Notes under the pieces: generated by a model
The model's input: the letters and a program-made list of their open reading frames with translations, nothing else
What the model was told of the DNA's origin: nothing
Database searches by the model: none
Part shown: positions 42,643-54,902 of the stretch, one piece after another
Layout: each line of letters starts with the position of its first letter
How positions within the stretch are numbered: position 1 is the first letter of the stretch
Made by a program: the position numbers and the translations under genes
NCBI GenBank assembly: GCA_020184695.1
Contig: JAANOX010000237.1
Coordinates: 168,675-232,674, forward strand
Reading direction: 5' to 3'
Length of the DNA stretch: 64,000 nucleotides
Source: Histomonas meleagridis 2922-C6/04-290x
Taxonomy: Eukaryota > Protista > Parabasalia

Positions 42643-45600
42643 ATGAAATCATTTCCCAGACAAACTAATTATTATACACCTTTAGCTGTTTCTTTTCATT
42701 GCTGGGAAGATCAATGTTGTCCTATGCTCGAATTTTCACAATTTATTTCAGTCAAGCCACACCGAAGTTTAATTCCAAAAAGTTCAGTTTGGAGCAGTCC
42801 ACATATAACATCTGTTATTTTTGCTGGGTCTACCACTGGAACCATTGTAGCTTATCAAGTTTTATCACAAAATCAAGAATTAATTGATGTATTACCAATT
42901 TGTTTAATTTGTGGACATTCAACAGAAATCACATCTTTTACCGAAGTTGATTCCAAAATTCATGATCAATGTGTTGCATCACTTTCATATGATGGTACAT
43001 TATCAATAATCTCTGTTGAAGATTTTACTATTATTTCACATCACCCCACATTATTTTCTGAATCTTCTCAACACTTAGCGTTTCATAAAGAATATCATCG
43101 TTTAATGATTGCATCTCAATCATATGGCACCCTTGAAATTGCCGATATCCAAGAAAACTCATTATTATATCGTATAACAGGTTTTCCCTCTATCATTACA
43201 TCACTTTCTAGTAACAAAGAGCTCATCTGTGTTTCCTGTGCCGATGGCTCATTATCGATATTTTCATTTTTTGAGGATAAACCCACATGCATAGGGACTT
43301 ATAGCACAGATATTTCTGATTCTTATCCATTTTATAGCTCCAAGATCTCACCAGATCGAAAACATATTTTAACATTATCATCCAACAAATGGATTGTTTC
43401 CAATTCCACATCCATATTATATGAACAACACATCCAAAAGCCGGATGATTCATATGTCTTATTTGAATGGGTTTCCAACAACACATTTTTCATTTCCACG
43501 TTAAGTGGCCGTGTTGAATTATATGGCGTTGATTCAACATCTGAAGCGTCGACTGTTTTTCGACGACTTAAGTCACGCAAAGGTATATTTCAAGTTTCGA
43601 CTATTAATGGGAAATATTTCATTGAGTCACAACCAGTATCAGAACAAGACACTACACATACTATCACAGAACCGGATAAAAACAAAAAATTACCAACATT
43701 AAAACTATCCACAGATTGTTCTAGTGACATGTTTAAGTCACAATTCCATGTAACACCTGAAGAATTCATTGTAACATCTCCAGGTAAATCAATATTAATA
43801 TTCCAAACCAAAAATAATATTCAATATGTATATAACTTATCGAAATATTTCAAATCGAAATATCGTTGTCGATGTGCAATTGGAGATCCAATTATACATG
43901 AAGCACGAATTGGAATTAATAATGAAATTTATATTGATAATTTTAATAATAAAATTGGAGAACATAAAGATGCAAATATATTATTTGCACCACCAAAAAT
44001 TAATATATTTTTCTCATTCTCAAGAAATGGTTCAATTAAAGCATGGTCAATAGTATCGAAAACATTACGAACGACTTTTTATGATTTATCAGAACCTATT
44101 AATAAGGTCCAATGGTTAGAATCGAAAGAATTAATGTTAGTTATAGGGTCAATATCATCATTTACTATTATTGATCCTAAGAATTTATTTCCTTTAATTA
44201 CATGTACTAATTTAAATTCGCCAATAATTGATATCATTTTTAAAGATTCATTATTTCATGTTCGTTGTCAATTATCAACAATTTATACGTATAATATGAA
44301 TGGTGATTTAGTATCTAAAAGAAAATCAATGGTTATTAAGAAACTTGGTAAAACTCAAGATTTACAACCTAAATTACAAAGCGCAAGTGTACCAAATATT
44401 TCAGGCAAAACAATTGATTTAAAGAAACCAATTTTCTCGAAAGTTCTTCAATTGATTATCCCGAATTGTCAAACGTTTGTTATAGTTTTTGATATTATCA
44501 AATTTTTTAATTCATTTGAATCATTTGATAATTTACCATTACGAACAGATCCATCATTTTTAGCGTTAAAACTATTATGGAAATGTCATATTGGTAAAGG
44601 GAAAGTTGATTTATGTGATGACATTGGGATCTTAAATTCATTTAATTATGCTATAGCTGGTGATAATTTCACTGTCACATTACCAATCAAACTTAAAAGT
44701 AATAAACGATATCAAAGTAATATGTTACGAAGTATTGGTACATTACAAACGATTCCAGAACAATTAAAATTCACAAAGAAAGTTACAATGAGTAAAATAA
44801 TATTAGATAATAAAATCCAAGAAAAAGATGAAATCACAACAGAAATTGCGTTTTCATTTTCACCTTATTTGACTGCTATTCATGGAGTAGCAGCCACAGC
44901 AATTGGTAAATGTTTTGTTAATGTTAAAAATGATGAAAGTTTACCACTTGTATTAATGTTATCACAAGTTGCTACATCACAAAAATTATTAGACTCAGTT
45001 AAACCTTCGATGTATGTCTTAGCAAGTTGGATCGATTCACCTTATGAATATTTACGTTCTGCTACAATTGATGTATTACAAAACGAATTTACAAAGATTA
45101 ATAATGAACAAAGTTCTGAAATCATTAAATCGATTCATGAGAAATTCGCTAATTTTAATATAACATTACCATTTGTTTTCATGCATTGTAAAAGATATAA
45201 AATCGATCCAATATTTGCCATTGAATGCACGCATCATTTATTTCCTTATATTCTTGAAAACAATGATGCGATTCTTTTATTATTAGAAGGGTTTCGAATC
45301 TTTTCTGAATATATTAAAGACTTAAAACTATTTTTCCTTAATTTGATAAACGCGAAGAATATTTCCATTAATAAAACAATTCGATTTGCTTTGATTCGTC
45401 CACTCGAATTCTTCGAAGCAATTATCACTACAAATAAATATTTGACATTCATCGAGTTATTAATGGAAAGATGGAAACCAACTGAAAGAGATTTATTAAT
45501 TGCTTTCATTAAAAATATTATAGTGGCGAAAGTTATGAATATACCTATCGATTATATTACTATATTTAAAATTATTACATCGAAAATGCATTTCATAAGT

Positions 45601-45978
45601 TTCTGTCAACGTTTTATAGCTTTCGGGAATACGGAAGGTGAAATAATTATAATATCATTCGATACAGGAGCTGTCTTATGGAGACAAAGAGTTTATTTAA
45701 ATCAAATCGATTTCGTGTCAATTTCTCCTTCAGCAAATAGTTTCATATTCGCGTCGTTAACTGATAAAGTGTTAACTTGGGCAGAACAAGTTAAAGATAA
45801 AAAATCGAATAATATAAACTTCGAATTAATAGGGTCGCAAGAAATTAAATTTATCATCATACCATCGGCATTCGTTTGGAAAAATGAAAATAAAATTGTG
45901 TTGTTTAATAACAATGAAAAAATTTTCGAGGCGAATAAACCAAATACTTCTTTTTTAAGAAGATTAAAATTTGGTTAA
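42643..45978 (+). CDS. WD40 protein, WDR7/WDR72 (Rabconnectin-3beta)-like
   Basis: N-terminal WD repeats (LICGHSTEITS), central helical region and C-terminal WD repeats (IAFGNTEGEIIIISFDTG). Confidence 0.6.
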   Translation: MKSFPRQTNYYTPLAVSFHCWEDQCCPMLEFSQFISVKPHRSLIPKSSVWSSPHITSVIFAGSTTGTIVAYQVLSQNQELIDVLPICLICGHSTEITSFTEVDSKIHDQCVASLSYDGTLSIISVEDFTIISHHPTLFSESSQHLAFHKEYHRLMIASQSYGTLEIADIQENSLLYRITGFPSIITSLSSNKELICVSCADGSLSIFSFFEDKPTCIGTYSTDISDSYPFYSSKISPDRKHILTLSSNKWIVSNSTSILYEQHIQKPDDSYVLFEWVSNNTFFISTLSGRVELYGVDSTSEASTVFRRLKSRKGIFQVSTINGKYFIESQPVSEQDTTHTITEPDKNKKLPTLKLSTDCSSDMFKSQFHVTPEEFIVTSPGKSILIFQTKNNIQYVYNLSKYFKSKYRCRCAIGDPIIHEARIGINNEIYIDNFNNKIGEHKDANILFAPPKINIFFSFSRNGSIKAWSIVSKTLRTTFYDLSEPINKVQWLESKELMLVIGSISSFTIIDPKNLFPLITCTNLNSPIIDIIFKDSLFHVRCQLSTIYTYNMNGDLVSKRKSMVIKKLGKTQDLQPKLQSASVPNISGKTIDLKKPIFSKVLQLIIPNCQTFVIVFDIIKFFNSFESFDNLPLRTDPSFLALKLLWKCHIGKGKVDLCDDIGILNSFNYAIAGDNFTVTLPIKLKSNKRYQSNMLRSIGTLQTIPEQLKFTKKVTMSKIILDNKIQEKDEITTEIAFSFSPYLTAIHGVAATAIGKCFVNVKNDESLPLVLMLSQVATSQKLLDSVKPSMYVLASWIDSPYEYLRSATIDVLQNEFTKINNEQSSEIIKSIHEKFANFNITLPFVFMHCKRYKIDPIFAIECTHHLFPYILENNDAILLLLEGFRIFSEYIKDLKLFFLNLINAKNISINKTIRFALIRPLEFFEAIITTNKYLTFIELLMERWKPTERDLLIAFIKNIIVAKVMNIPIDYITIFKIITSKMHFISFCQRFIAFGNTEGEIIIISFDTGAVLWRQRVYLNQIDFVSISPSANSFIFASLTDKVLTWAEQVKDKKSNNINFELIGSQEIKFIIIPSAFVWKNENKIVLFNNNEKIFEANKPNTSFLRRLKFG

Positions 45979-46024
45979 AAAGTGGTGTATCGTTGCGGTG
46001 GGGCGCCCCAGAAATTTTAATGGT

Positions 46025-46738
46025 TTAAGAGAAAAGTGTAGAAAGAGATGTAGACAAAAGTGCATACTTCTCGATTTCAGAGTCTATCAAAAAGTTGCGG
46101 TTTTGTTCGATGAGTGTATCGTCGCATTCTATCCGGGAAATGTTCTTGATGATGCTTTTGGATTCTTGTTTAAATATTTTTATAAGGTGTATAATGGATT
46201 TTTTGTCTTCTAGTGATAAAGAATTAAAGTCATGTGGATACTTAATAAATTCTGTAATTAAATGATTTATGTCTTCATGTACAATAAAATTGTTATTTAA
46301 TATACACCTATGAATAGTTACACGTAGGCGTTCTTGATATGGAAATGGTAATGGGGTTAGTCGAGAAAATTCTGATATTAAAACTTGATAATCAGAAAGA
46401 GTTGATTCTAAAAAATTCAAAGTGAGTTCAATGGAATTGTTGTTGTCTATTTGATGCCTTATGTCTGCAATTTGATTTAATAAGTATTCTTTTTTCTTTA
46501 GTTCAATTTCTAAATCATTATTATTTTTTTTAATTACCATACTCATTTTTTCTATTGGGGTAGATAGTTTTTTAAAGGCAGCTTCATTTATTTTGTGGAA
46601 TTCTTTGAGTTTTAGATTATGAATAATATCCTTTTTTCTTTTTACCAGTTTTTTTCTTTCCTTTTCGAGGTCAATAACATGTTGCTGTAAAGAAGCTATT
46701 GTTTTCAAAGTATAAAGAGTTTGAATGCTTGGATTCAT
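46025..46738 (-). CDS. Hypothetical coiled-coil protein (237 aa)
   Basis: ATG-TAA ORF; heptad-rich N-terminal half. Confidence 0.6.
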   Translation of the reverse strand: MNPSIQTLYTLKTIASLQQHVIDLEKERKKLVKRKKDIIHNLKLKEFHKINEAAFKKLSTPIEKMSMVIKKNNNDLEIELKKKEYLLNQIADIRHQIDNNNSIELTLNFLESTLSDYQVLISEFSRLTPLPFPYQERLRVTIHRCILNNNFIVHEDINHLITEFIKYPHDFNSLSLEDKKSIIHLIKIFKQESKSIIKNISRIECDDTLIEQNRNFLIDSEIEKYALLSTSLSTLFS

Positions 46739-47100
46739 TTATAAAACTTCTTTGAAAAGTAAACGTTTCACAATAAATCAAGAACAAAATAATTTATAAA
46801 TTATTTGTGGTTGGTAATAAAGGCATTTAGATCAATCAATAAAAAATTTTAATTTATCATAATTCTAATTTTTGATTAATTTCTTATATTTTTAAACAAA
46901 GTAATGTACTGCTTAATTGAACAAATTGATCAAGTGAGATGCCATATTTACTTAACTAAATATATATGTTTGCATATTTTTGGAGAGATTTTGTAAAAAT
47001 TTATTGAACGATAAATTTTTGAATGCTTTTTGATGCGAAATACACAGAATTATCTATCGTTTCATTTTGGGAATAAACGGTTTCTGCTTGACAATATTTG

Positions 47101-47117
47101 ACGGTTTTGGTCCCTTT
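47101..47117 (+). promoter_or_regulatory. M3 (ACGGTT) plus M5 (CCTTT) motifs of RPL37A
   Basis: ACGGTTttggtcCCTTTtcgaaaATG. Confidence 0.75.
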
Positions 47118-47123
47118 TCGAAA

Positions 47124-47402
47124 ATGGCTCGCAGAACCAAGAAGGTAGGAATTGTCGGAAAATATGGTGTTCGCTACGGTGCATCTCTCCGTAAGACTAT
47201 TAAAAAGATTGAAATATCACAACGCAAGAAGTATCCATGCCCATTCTGCGGAAAGACATCAGTTAGAAGAACAGTTGTTGGCATTTGGAAATGCCAAAAG
47301 TGTGGTAAAGCAACAACAGGTGGTGCTTACATTCCATCTACTCCAGCAGCTCTCACAGCTCGTGCAGCCATCAAGCGTCTCCGCGAAGCTCAAGCAAAGT
47401 AA
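47124..47402 (+). CDS. RPL37A: 60S ribosomal protein L37a (eL43)
   Basis: [30 protein letters not shown]...WKCQKC zinc ribbon; ATG at 47124 (the track start is an upstream TTG). Confidence 0.97.
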   Translation: MARRTKKVGIVGKYGVRYGASLRKTIKKIEISQRKKYPCPFCGKTSVRRTVVGIWKCQKCGKATTGGAYIPSTPAALTARAAIKRLREAQAK

Positions 47403-47869
47403 ATCAATGACTATATATACTTTTCTAACTTTTATTCTAGTGTTGCAATTTTGTAAATATCTTTCTCATTAATATCAATTCCATTTTATTCGAAAATATT
47501 TTTAATAATTTCAACGCGACCTTTTCATCAATGACGAATTTTTTGTTAATATAATTGATTAATTTGGATATTTCCATATGAAAATGGATATTTTATTAAA
47601 ATTTGATATTACTATACATCAAAACATTAAAATAAACATATCACTAGTTTTAGAGAAAATATCTCATTAATTAGCCCATAAGATTTTTTCATTGTCCGAC
47701 TAGAGAACCATTTTAGCGTTGAATAATGACTTGGTTTTGGATAATATTGACCTGTTTTTCATCATAACCGTTAGACTGGTATTTGTTTTAAAAATGGGAA
47801 ATAATCAGACACAAATCATTAAAGAACCCATTGAAATATTACATAAAATAGAAGAAACTATATTTGAAA

Positions 47870-48298
47870 TGAATGAATCAAATATTTCTGAATCAATTGT
47901 TAACTTTTAATAATCATCAATTCCCATATACATTAAAGCTAATTATTTGTCATTTGGCTTGTTGTTTTTTCATATCAAAAAATCAAAATGTTGTAATAAT
48001 TTTAGAATTTTTCAAAATGTTTCAAATAAAAGAGCAATCTCATGAGGAAAATAATAAGCCACTGGCTATACAGAAAATACAAATGGTATTATTAAAAAGG
48101 AATTGATATTAATGCTGATGATATTTATTTGTTTTATTTAATATTTATTATAATAATTACATATTTTAAAATAAAATTTGGAAATTATTTTAAATATTTT
48201 ATACAGCACTTATGTATGTATCTTCAAAAGGTCGAATAGAAATAGTTAAATTTCTTCTTGAACAAGAAGGAATTGATATTAATGCTAAAAATTTATAG
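47870..48298 (+). pseudogene. Ankyrin-gene relic with one four-unit 17-nt cluster (48123-48199)
   Basis: GAT|atttatttgttttattt|AAT|atttattataataatta|CAT|attttaaaataaaattt|GGA|aattattttaaatattt|TAT ACA GCA gives ADDNHGYTALMYVSSKGRIEIVKFLLEQEGIDINAKNL*; upstream sequence is decayed. Confidence 0.75.
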
Positions 48299-49559
48299 CT
48301 TGTCCTTAAGCCCACAAGAAAACTTTTGATCATTGAGGTGTATATTGCATAATAATATAATATTATGTCTATTGTATTTAAAAGCATGGTTTTATTATGT
48401 TTTCATAGAATGATTTTGATATCAATTCAATAGTTTACTCGTCTAAGTATGAAATGATCGACTTCTATCAAACATAGGATTATTTTTTGAGTTAGAAACC
48501 TTAATTTCTATTAAAAATATGCTCCGATTCGGGAACAGCGATTCTTATGGTTGAAAAGACAGCCATAATGAGGTCATATATTCGCATACGGAAGTACTTT
48601 TTTCGCTTCGCTCAAAAAGTCGAAATTGTTGCCTCATTCAAAAAGTAGGTATCGTCGGGGTTTATTATCGGTATTTCCCCGATACCACTTTTTGGAAAGT
48701 TCTGTCACTTTTGATGATACACACTTTTTGAATCGGTATTTTACTAAGGTAGTCAAAACCGCTTTATACCTCTGATGCAACAAAAATTCGAATAAAGTTT
48801 AGTCAATTTACAAACCTTTTTTATGTATCCATAACTTTCTCTATTCAATTATTACCAAACTAAAACAAGAATATCTTGCAAAACAAAATAGATCTCACGA
48901 AATAGGTAGAACTTGAAAAATCTCATTTTTTTTGTTTTTTATCATATATCGATATCATACAAAAAATCATAATTTTGGAGCCGTAATGAACGGAGCATTG
49001 ACCAAGCGATCAGAAACGATAGACTACTATCTCCCATGTCATATCCAAGCAGAACAACAATTTTGAAGTACTTTGTCAAACTACATCATTTTGTTTTAAG
49101 AGCACCAAGAATTCAAGTTTTTATTCTTCTCATTTTTACAAGTAAAATAGTTTTCACCTTCGTTTTTAATAAACATTTACATTTCCAGCAACAAAATCAA
49201 ACTGAAAACCAATGTAACTTTGCGTCTACTACTGCAAGTTCTTTTTCACCATTTATTCATCTTTTTAACAGCAAAAATTTCAACACATTTGATGATAAAC
49301 AATCTGCTAACATTTTGATAAAATCAAAAGAAATATGTTACCAAACATATCTTATTGATCTTACGCGATCAAAAAACATATTATTATTAACACAAACAAA
49401 AAAAGAAATTTTCATTTTTTGGCAAAAATTCATAAATTCTTTAAATTTTTCTTATTAAATGAAAGTAATTTTTCATTTTTTAGAAATGATAACATTTATA
49501 TAGTTTCATTTATTGTGTTTTTGATTAAATTTCACTTATCGAAAACTTTTTTGCGACAT

Positions 49560-51813
49560 ACAAACATTAATTTGTTTTTAGTGTTTTTTGTTTTATTTTT
49601 CACAAAATGTTTCTCAACTTTTGATAATTCAACTAAAACACTTTCTATTTCCAATTCAACAGATTATGATAACATAGCACTATATAAAAATGAAACAATT
49701 CATCTTATTATTGGAGGTTACATCACTGGAATTGCAGATAATTGTTTTTCAGAGTGGAATAAATTGGAAAGTATCAAAATGAATGAATCAATCACTGTAA
49801 TTGGAAATTTTGCATTTACATCATGTTCTAATTTGAGAATAGTTTTAATTGGAGAAAATGTAACAACAATTGGAACTTCTGCATTTTATAATTGCAGATC
49901 ATTATTAAATATTACAATTCCAAACAAAGTAACAGAAATTGGAAATTCTGTATTTTCATCATGTTCTAATTTGAGAATAGTTTTTATTGGAGAAAATGTT
50001 GAAAGAATTGGAACTTCTGCATTTTCATATTGCACATCATTATTAAATATTACAATTCCAAACAAAGTAACAGAAATTGGAAATTATGTATTTTTATCAT
50101 GTTCTAATTTGAGAATAGTTTTAATTGGAGAAAATGTTGAAAGAATTGGAACTTCTGCATTTTATAATTGCAGATCATTATTAAATATTACAATTCCAAA
50201 CAAAGTAACAGAAATTGGAAATTCTGTATTTTCATCATGTTCTAATTTGAGAATAGTTTTTTTATTGGAGAAAATGTTGAAAGAATTGGAACTTCTGCAT
50301 TTTCATATTGCACATCATTATTAAATATTACAATTCCAAACAAAGTAACAGAAATTGGAAATTATGTATTTTTATCATGTTCTAATTTGAGAATAGTTTT
50401 AATTGGAGAAAATGTTGAAAGAATTGGAACTTCTGCATTTTCATATTGCACATCATTATTAAATATTACAATTCCAAACAAAGTAACAGAAATTGGAAAT
50501 TCTGTATTTTCATCATGTTCTAATTTGAGAATAGTTTTTTTAATGGAGAAAATGTTGAAAGAATTGGAACTTCTGCATTTTCATATTGCACATCATTATT
50601 AAATATTACAATTCCAAACAAAGTAACAGAAATTGGAAATTCTGTATTTTCATCATGTTCTAATTTGAGAATAGTTTTTAATGGAGAAAATGTTGAAAGA
50701 ATTGGAACTTCTGCATTTTCATATTGCACATCATTAGTAAATATTACAATTCCCAATAAAGTAACAGAAATTGGAAATTCTGCATTTGAATTTTGTTCCA
50801 AACTTCAAATGATTAAAGTTTCCAGCGAAAACGCAAATTATTCCAATTATAACGAAGATGGGATTTTATATAACATAAACGTCACTAAAATTATTTGTTA
50901 TCCATGCGGGAAAACAAACGAAACATATACATTCCCAACAAATGTCACTGTAATTGATATGAATGCATTCTCTAATTGTATCTCATTGAGGAACATCGAA
51001 ATTCCATGCAATATAATATCAGTTGGCGACAAAGCATTTTCATCATGCTTCAATCTCACATGTATATTTTATTATGGCGAAACAGTACCAACGAATACAT
51101 CGAATGTATTTGATAATAATAATTTAATCAGAAGTGTCATGACAATCGATTCATATAACGGCCAAACATTCTGCGGTATAAATGTCAGTAAAGGAACAGT
51201 CATTGATGAATGTCTCCCACCAACGCAATCGTTCACACAATCAAACACATACTCCAACACATTTACGAATACATTTACTCAGTCGAATGTATTCACAAAG
51301 TCGAATACGTTCACTAAGTCGAATACGTTCACGAAGTCGAATACATTATTACCTTCGAATATAACGCTGATACTTTCGCTTACGAATTCATATTCCATCA
51401 CTGAAACTGTTACAATTTCTGGTACATATTCTTATTCATATGTTTTGACTTTAATTGGAGTTAGTAGCACATACGTCAGAACAGATTTAATTTATTATGA
51501 ATATATTGTGACTCGTTATTCGAAGTTATATAGTTTTTATTCGAATTTCTTCACAATTATCGACATCATAAATCCTGTGGGAAATGGTATTTCTCAAAAG
51601 GCTTTGATAGGTATTATCTGTGGCGCAATAATTGCAGTTTTGTTGATTATGGGAATTGTAATATTTCTTGTGAAGAAATCAAAGAAAAGTAACAGCGTAT
51701 CAACAGCATTAAAATTAGAAACTAAAAATTCAACTGGAAGCGATATGAGATCAGATGAAGTAAATCAGGAATATAATGAACTCGTGTTGGAAGATCAGGA
51801 CCAATGGATATAA
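49560..51813 (+). CDS. BspA-like TpLRR surface protein A, frameshifted (pseudogene or assembly error)
   Basis: 23-aa TpLRR repeats (C.SL.NITIPNKVTEIG..F), S/T-rich stalk, TM helix and acidic tail. Two +2 T insertions in T runs (about 50260 and 50540); no in-frame ATG found in front of the signal-like segment. Confidence 0.8.
49790..50790 (+). repeat. Tandem 69-nt (paired 138-nt) coding repeat of BspA locus A
   Basis: Recurrent aatattacaattccaaacaaagtaacagaaattggaaat and ggagaaaatgttgaaagaattggaacttctgc blocks. Confidence 0.95.
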
Positions 51814-52231
51814 AAATGATATATAAATAATTTCTTTAAAAAGAAAGAGCTTTTGTGAATATTAAACATTAATAAATGAATTCAAGAAATAATTTTGTTT
51901 TTATGTAATTTGTATGTTTATAATTAACATTTAACTTCTTTAGTCATTTCTTGAATTTTTTAGTTGATTTCGTTCATATGTTTTGAACTTGATGTTACTG
52001 AATATTTTTTTTTCACTCTTAAACTAGTTGCATTACTATTTTTATTGCTTATAACAACCCAAATAACAATTCATGGGAATATCAAAACAATTTAAATCAT
52101 TATATTAGCTAAAATCGTTGGGCATTGTATAATTTTCATGAACAAAATATATGTATTCATTAGCAAATGAAAGTAAATATGGATAAGTAAAATTATAAAT
52201 ACTTAGTGATTGCGCATGTAATATTAAAACA

Positions 52232-52600
52232 TTAATGTGTATTTATTGAAAAATATTGAACTACTTGCAATGATATATTTGATCTTGTGAATATGTTGGA
52301 CTGATTAAATGAATTAGATCTCGTATTCGCGTGTGAATGCATTTGATCTGAAAAAGTATTTGAATTAGAAAATGAATTTGATTGGGTGAAAGTTTGAGTT
52401 GACCAAGTAATGCATCCTCCAACAGTTGTTTCTTTTGTAACATTAAAAGGACCAAATGTTGTATCATTATAAAGGTATAATGACATAACATTTATTGATT
52501 CAATACATGTAAAAGCTGGTGATGAAATGTTTGGTTCTGATTTACCATGATAATAAATACATCTAAGCTGTCCACAGATATTAAATGTATCATCATTAAT
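52232..52600 (-). pseudogene. C-terminal relic of a BspA-like gene
   Basis: Minus strand ETII.GENVKSI..DTF...LRCIYYHGKSEP and MSLYLYNDTTFGPFNVTKETTVGGC..TQTFTQSNSF parallel the stalk-proximal region of loci A and B. Confidence 0.55.
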
Positions 52601-53005
52601 GCTTTTGACATTTTCTCCACTAATAATTGTTTCTAAATTTGTAAATGATAGAAATTATATAATTAAGTACAAGCCTTAACTGAATGAATTGCATTTTAAT
52701 ATCTTAAGATCCAAAAATCGGGGAAATGAATATTATGTTAATAAGTTTATCATATATCGGTTCAATATATCAATTCTTCGACCAGAAAATCAAAACCTTT
52801 TCTAACACATTTACACAATTTCATTTCGAAATAAAAAATAATTAAAAGAATGAGTTTTTTATTAAAAACATATCCAATATAAAAATTGGTTTTTATATTT
52901 TTAGGAATATTTTCCTAATATTTATTGTTAATTTTTTTTTTTTTTTTTTTTTTTTACCAATACATTAATTGGTTTTTATATTTTTTTTATATTAATTTAT
53001 TTATT

Positions 53006-53936
53006 TTAAAGCAAAGACTCAAGTGCACTGATTACTTCATCAGCGTTTGGTCTTTTGCTTGAATCCTTATCAGTCATTTTGCTGATAAGTGATTTTAAGT
53101 TTTCGTCAGTATTTATGTTCGCTTCGCCGTTGTTCTTAAGTTGTTTTATAGTTATCATTTTCGACATTTGAGTATTAAATGACCAAAAACTTCGAGAAAA
53201 TGATTCCAAGGCTATTAATATCAACTTTAGGACTCAGCTTTTCCTTTTTTTCATGTTCCGGAGAAGCATAAAGTGGCGTCGAACTTTTTATGGCATCGTC
53301 ATTTATGAACGTATTAAATGATGAGATACCAAAGTCAATGATCTTTGGAAGACCATCGTTTCCAATAACAATATTGGAGGGCTTTAAGTCACGATGAATG
53401 ATATTGTTATCATGGAGATATTTAAGGCCCTTAGAAATATGAATACATTTTTGAAGTTTGTCATAAAATGAATCTTTTTCACATGACTCAGTGATATTTA
53501 AGGTTGAACATAACTCCATTTGAATATATAATGATACATTGTCCTTTTGTGGATTGTGTTCAAACCAGATGTCATAACATTTGATAACATTGGGATGTGA
53601 AATTTGTGATAATATCAAGATTTCATTAAAAATATTATCAAAAATAATATTTTTAATGAGTTTTATAGCATAGCTTTTCCCAGAAGAATTGTTAATAACT
53701 GAGAAAAAAGTTCCATCCATTTCGTTTCCAATTTCGCTTTGAATTGTAAACTCTGTTCGAAATCGTGAAGATAAACTCAAATTCAAATCGTATTTATGTA
53801 ATAGTTGAATTTTATCTTTTGCACTTAATGTTAGATCTGTTAAATTTTTGTAAAGTTTCGAATAAGCTACTGAATTTTTAACATCTCCTGTTTGATTCAT
53901 CAGGCCAGGGTTTGTTAAATTTCCCGTAGACATCAA
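53006..53936 (-). CDS. Ser/Thr protein kinase, eIF2-alpha-kinase-like, frameshifted near subdomain IX
   Basis: YAIK, LYIQMELC, IIHRDLKPSN, KIIDFG, YASPE; C-terminal lobe (FNTQM...KRPNADEV) in another frame. Two single-T losses in T runs near 53195-53210 would rejoin it. Confidence 0.8.
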
Positions 53937-54902
53937 AAAAAAATATGAATCGATGCCACGAATAACGGAAATTCAAAACTTTGCTAAACGGTCGTTTGCA
54001 AGTGGATCATAACCGTTTATTTGTGTAAAAGTGATACATTTATCAAAAAGTGAATATTAAATCGTTTACTTATGTAAACTAAACGAACCCTATCAATTCT
54101 TTAGTTTTTTAGAATGGGTTCAGTCGTTGTTTTGTATTCAAATATTCCGCAATTAAAACAAAAATATCTTCTAAAGCAATGCACGTTCCGAATAGCAAAG
54201 CAGCAAGCAAAGACAAAATTTTTTATTCATTATTATATTTCGATATCTAAAAAAAATTTACATATTTGGAACCAGCAAATTGTCAATTTCAGTTACTATA
54301 CCCAAGGAACCTGAAACTGCCGACCGCAACTCTTTATGTCATTTCAAACCAAACGAACATTTTGAAACACACGGATAAAACATCATATCTTGATACAAGG
54401 ATATCGCTTCCCCATATTTTCTTCTTTGTTATCACTCTAATTAAAACTATTTTCAATATTATTTGTAATTATCATTTAAATTTTCAATATCAACTACACC
54501 AAATCAAAAAAGGGCAGATCCTACCGCCTCTTAGGAGCATGCTTTTGTCATTTAGTCATACTAATTCCTCCAAAAAATTCAACAGCTTGATTTATGATTA
54601 TCATCAATCTTTAAATTTTCATAACAAATTATATTTCTCTTTAATTTTTTTAACAAATTGCTCTTTTAATTTCAACCAAACATATTGCCATTCATTTCCT
54701 TTTCATTATCAACAAGCAAACCATAAAAATTTCAAATCTCAAATATTTGATTTTATTTTTAATATTATTTCAAAAGTAAACAATTTTTGTATCTTTAAAA
54801 TCAACGTCATTTATTTGATTTTGTCTTTTATCTTTTTGTTTTTATATAATTTTTGTTCAATTAAATCTTTTTTACTAAATCAATACCACAAAAAACATCG
54901 AA

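Noticed and set aside
48199-48387. 62-aa minus-strand ORF
   Set aside because: It is antisense to the plus-strand ankyrin relic.
49036-49458. F/I/N-rich ORFs upstream of the BspA loci (also 54266-54900)
   Set aside because: Composition mirrors AT-rich intergenic DNA and no domain is recognisable; treated as non-coding.
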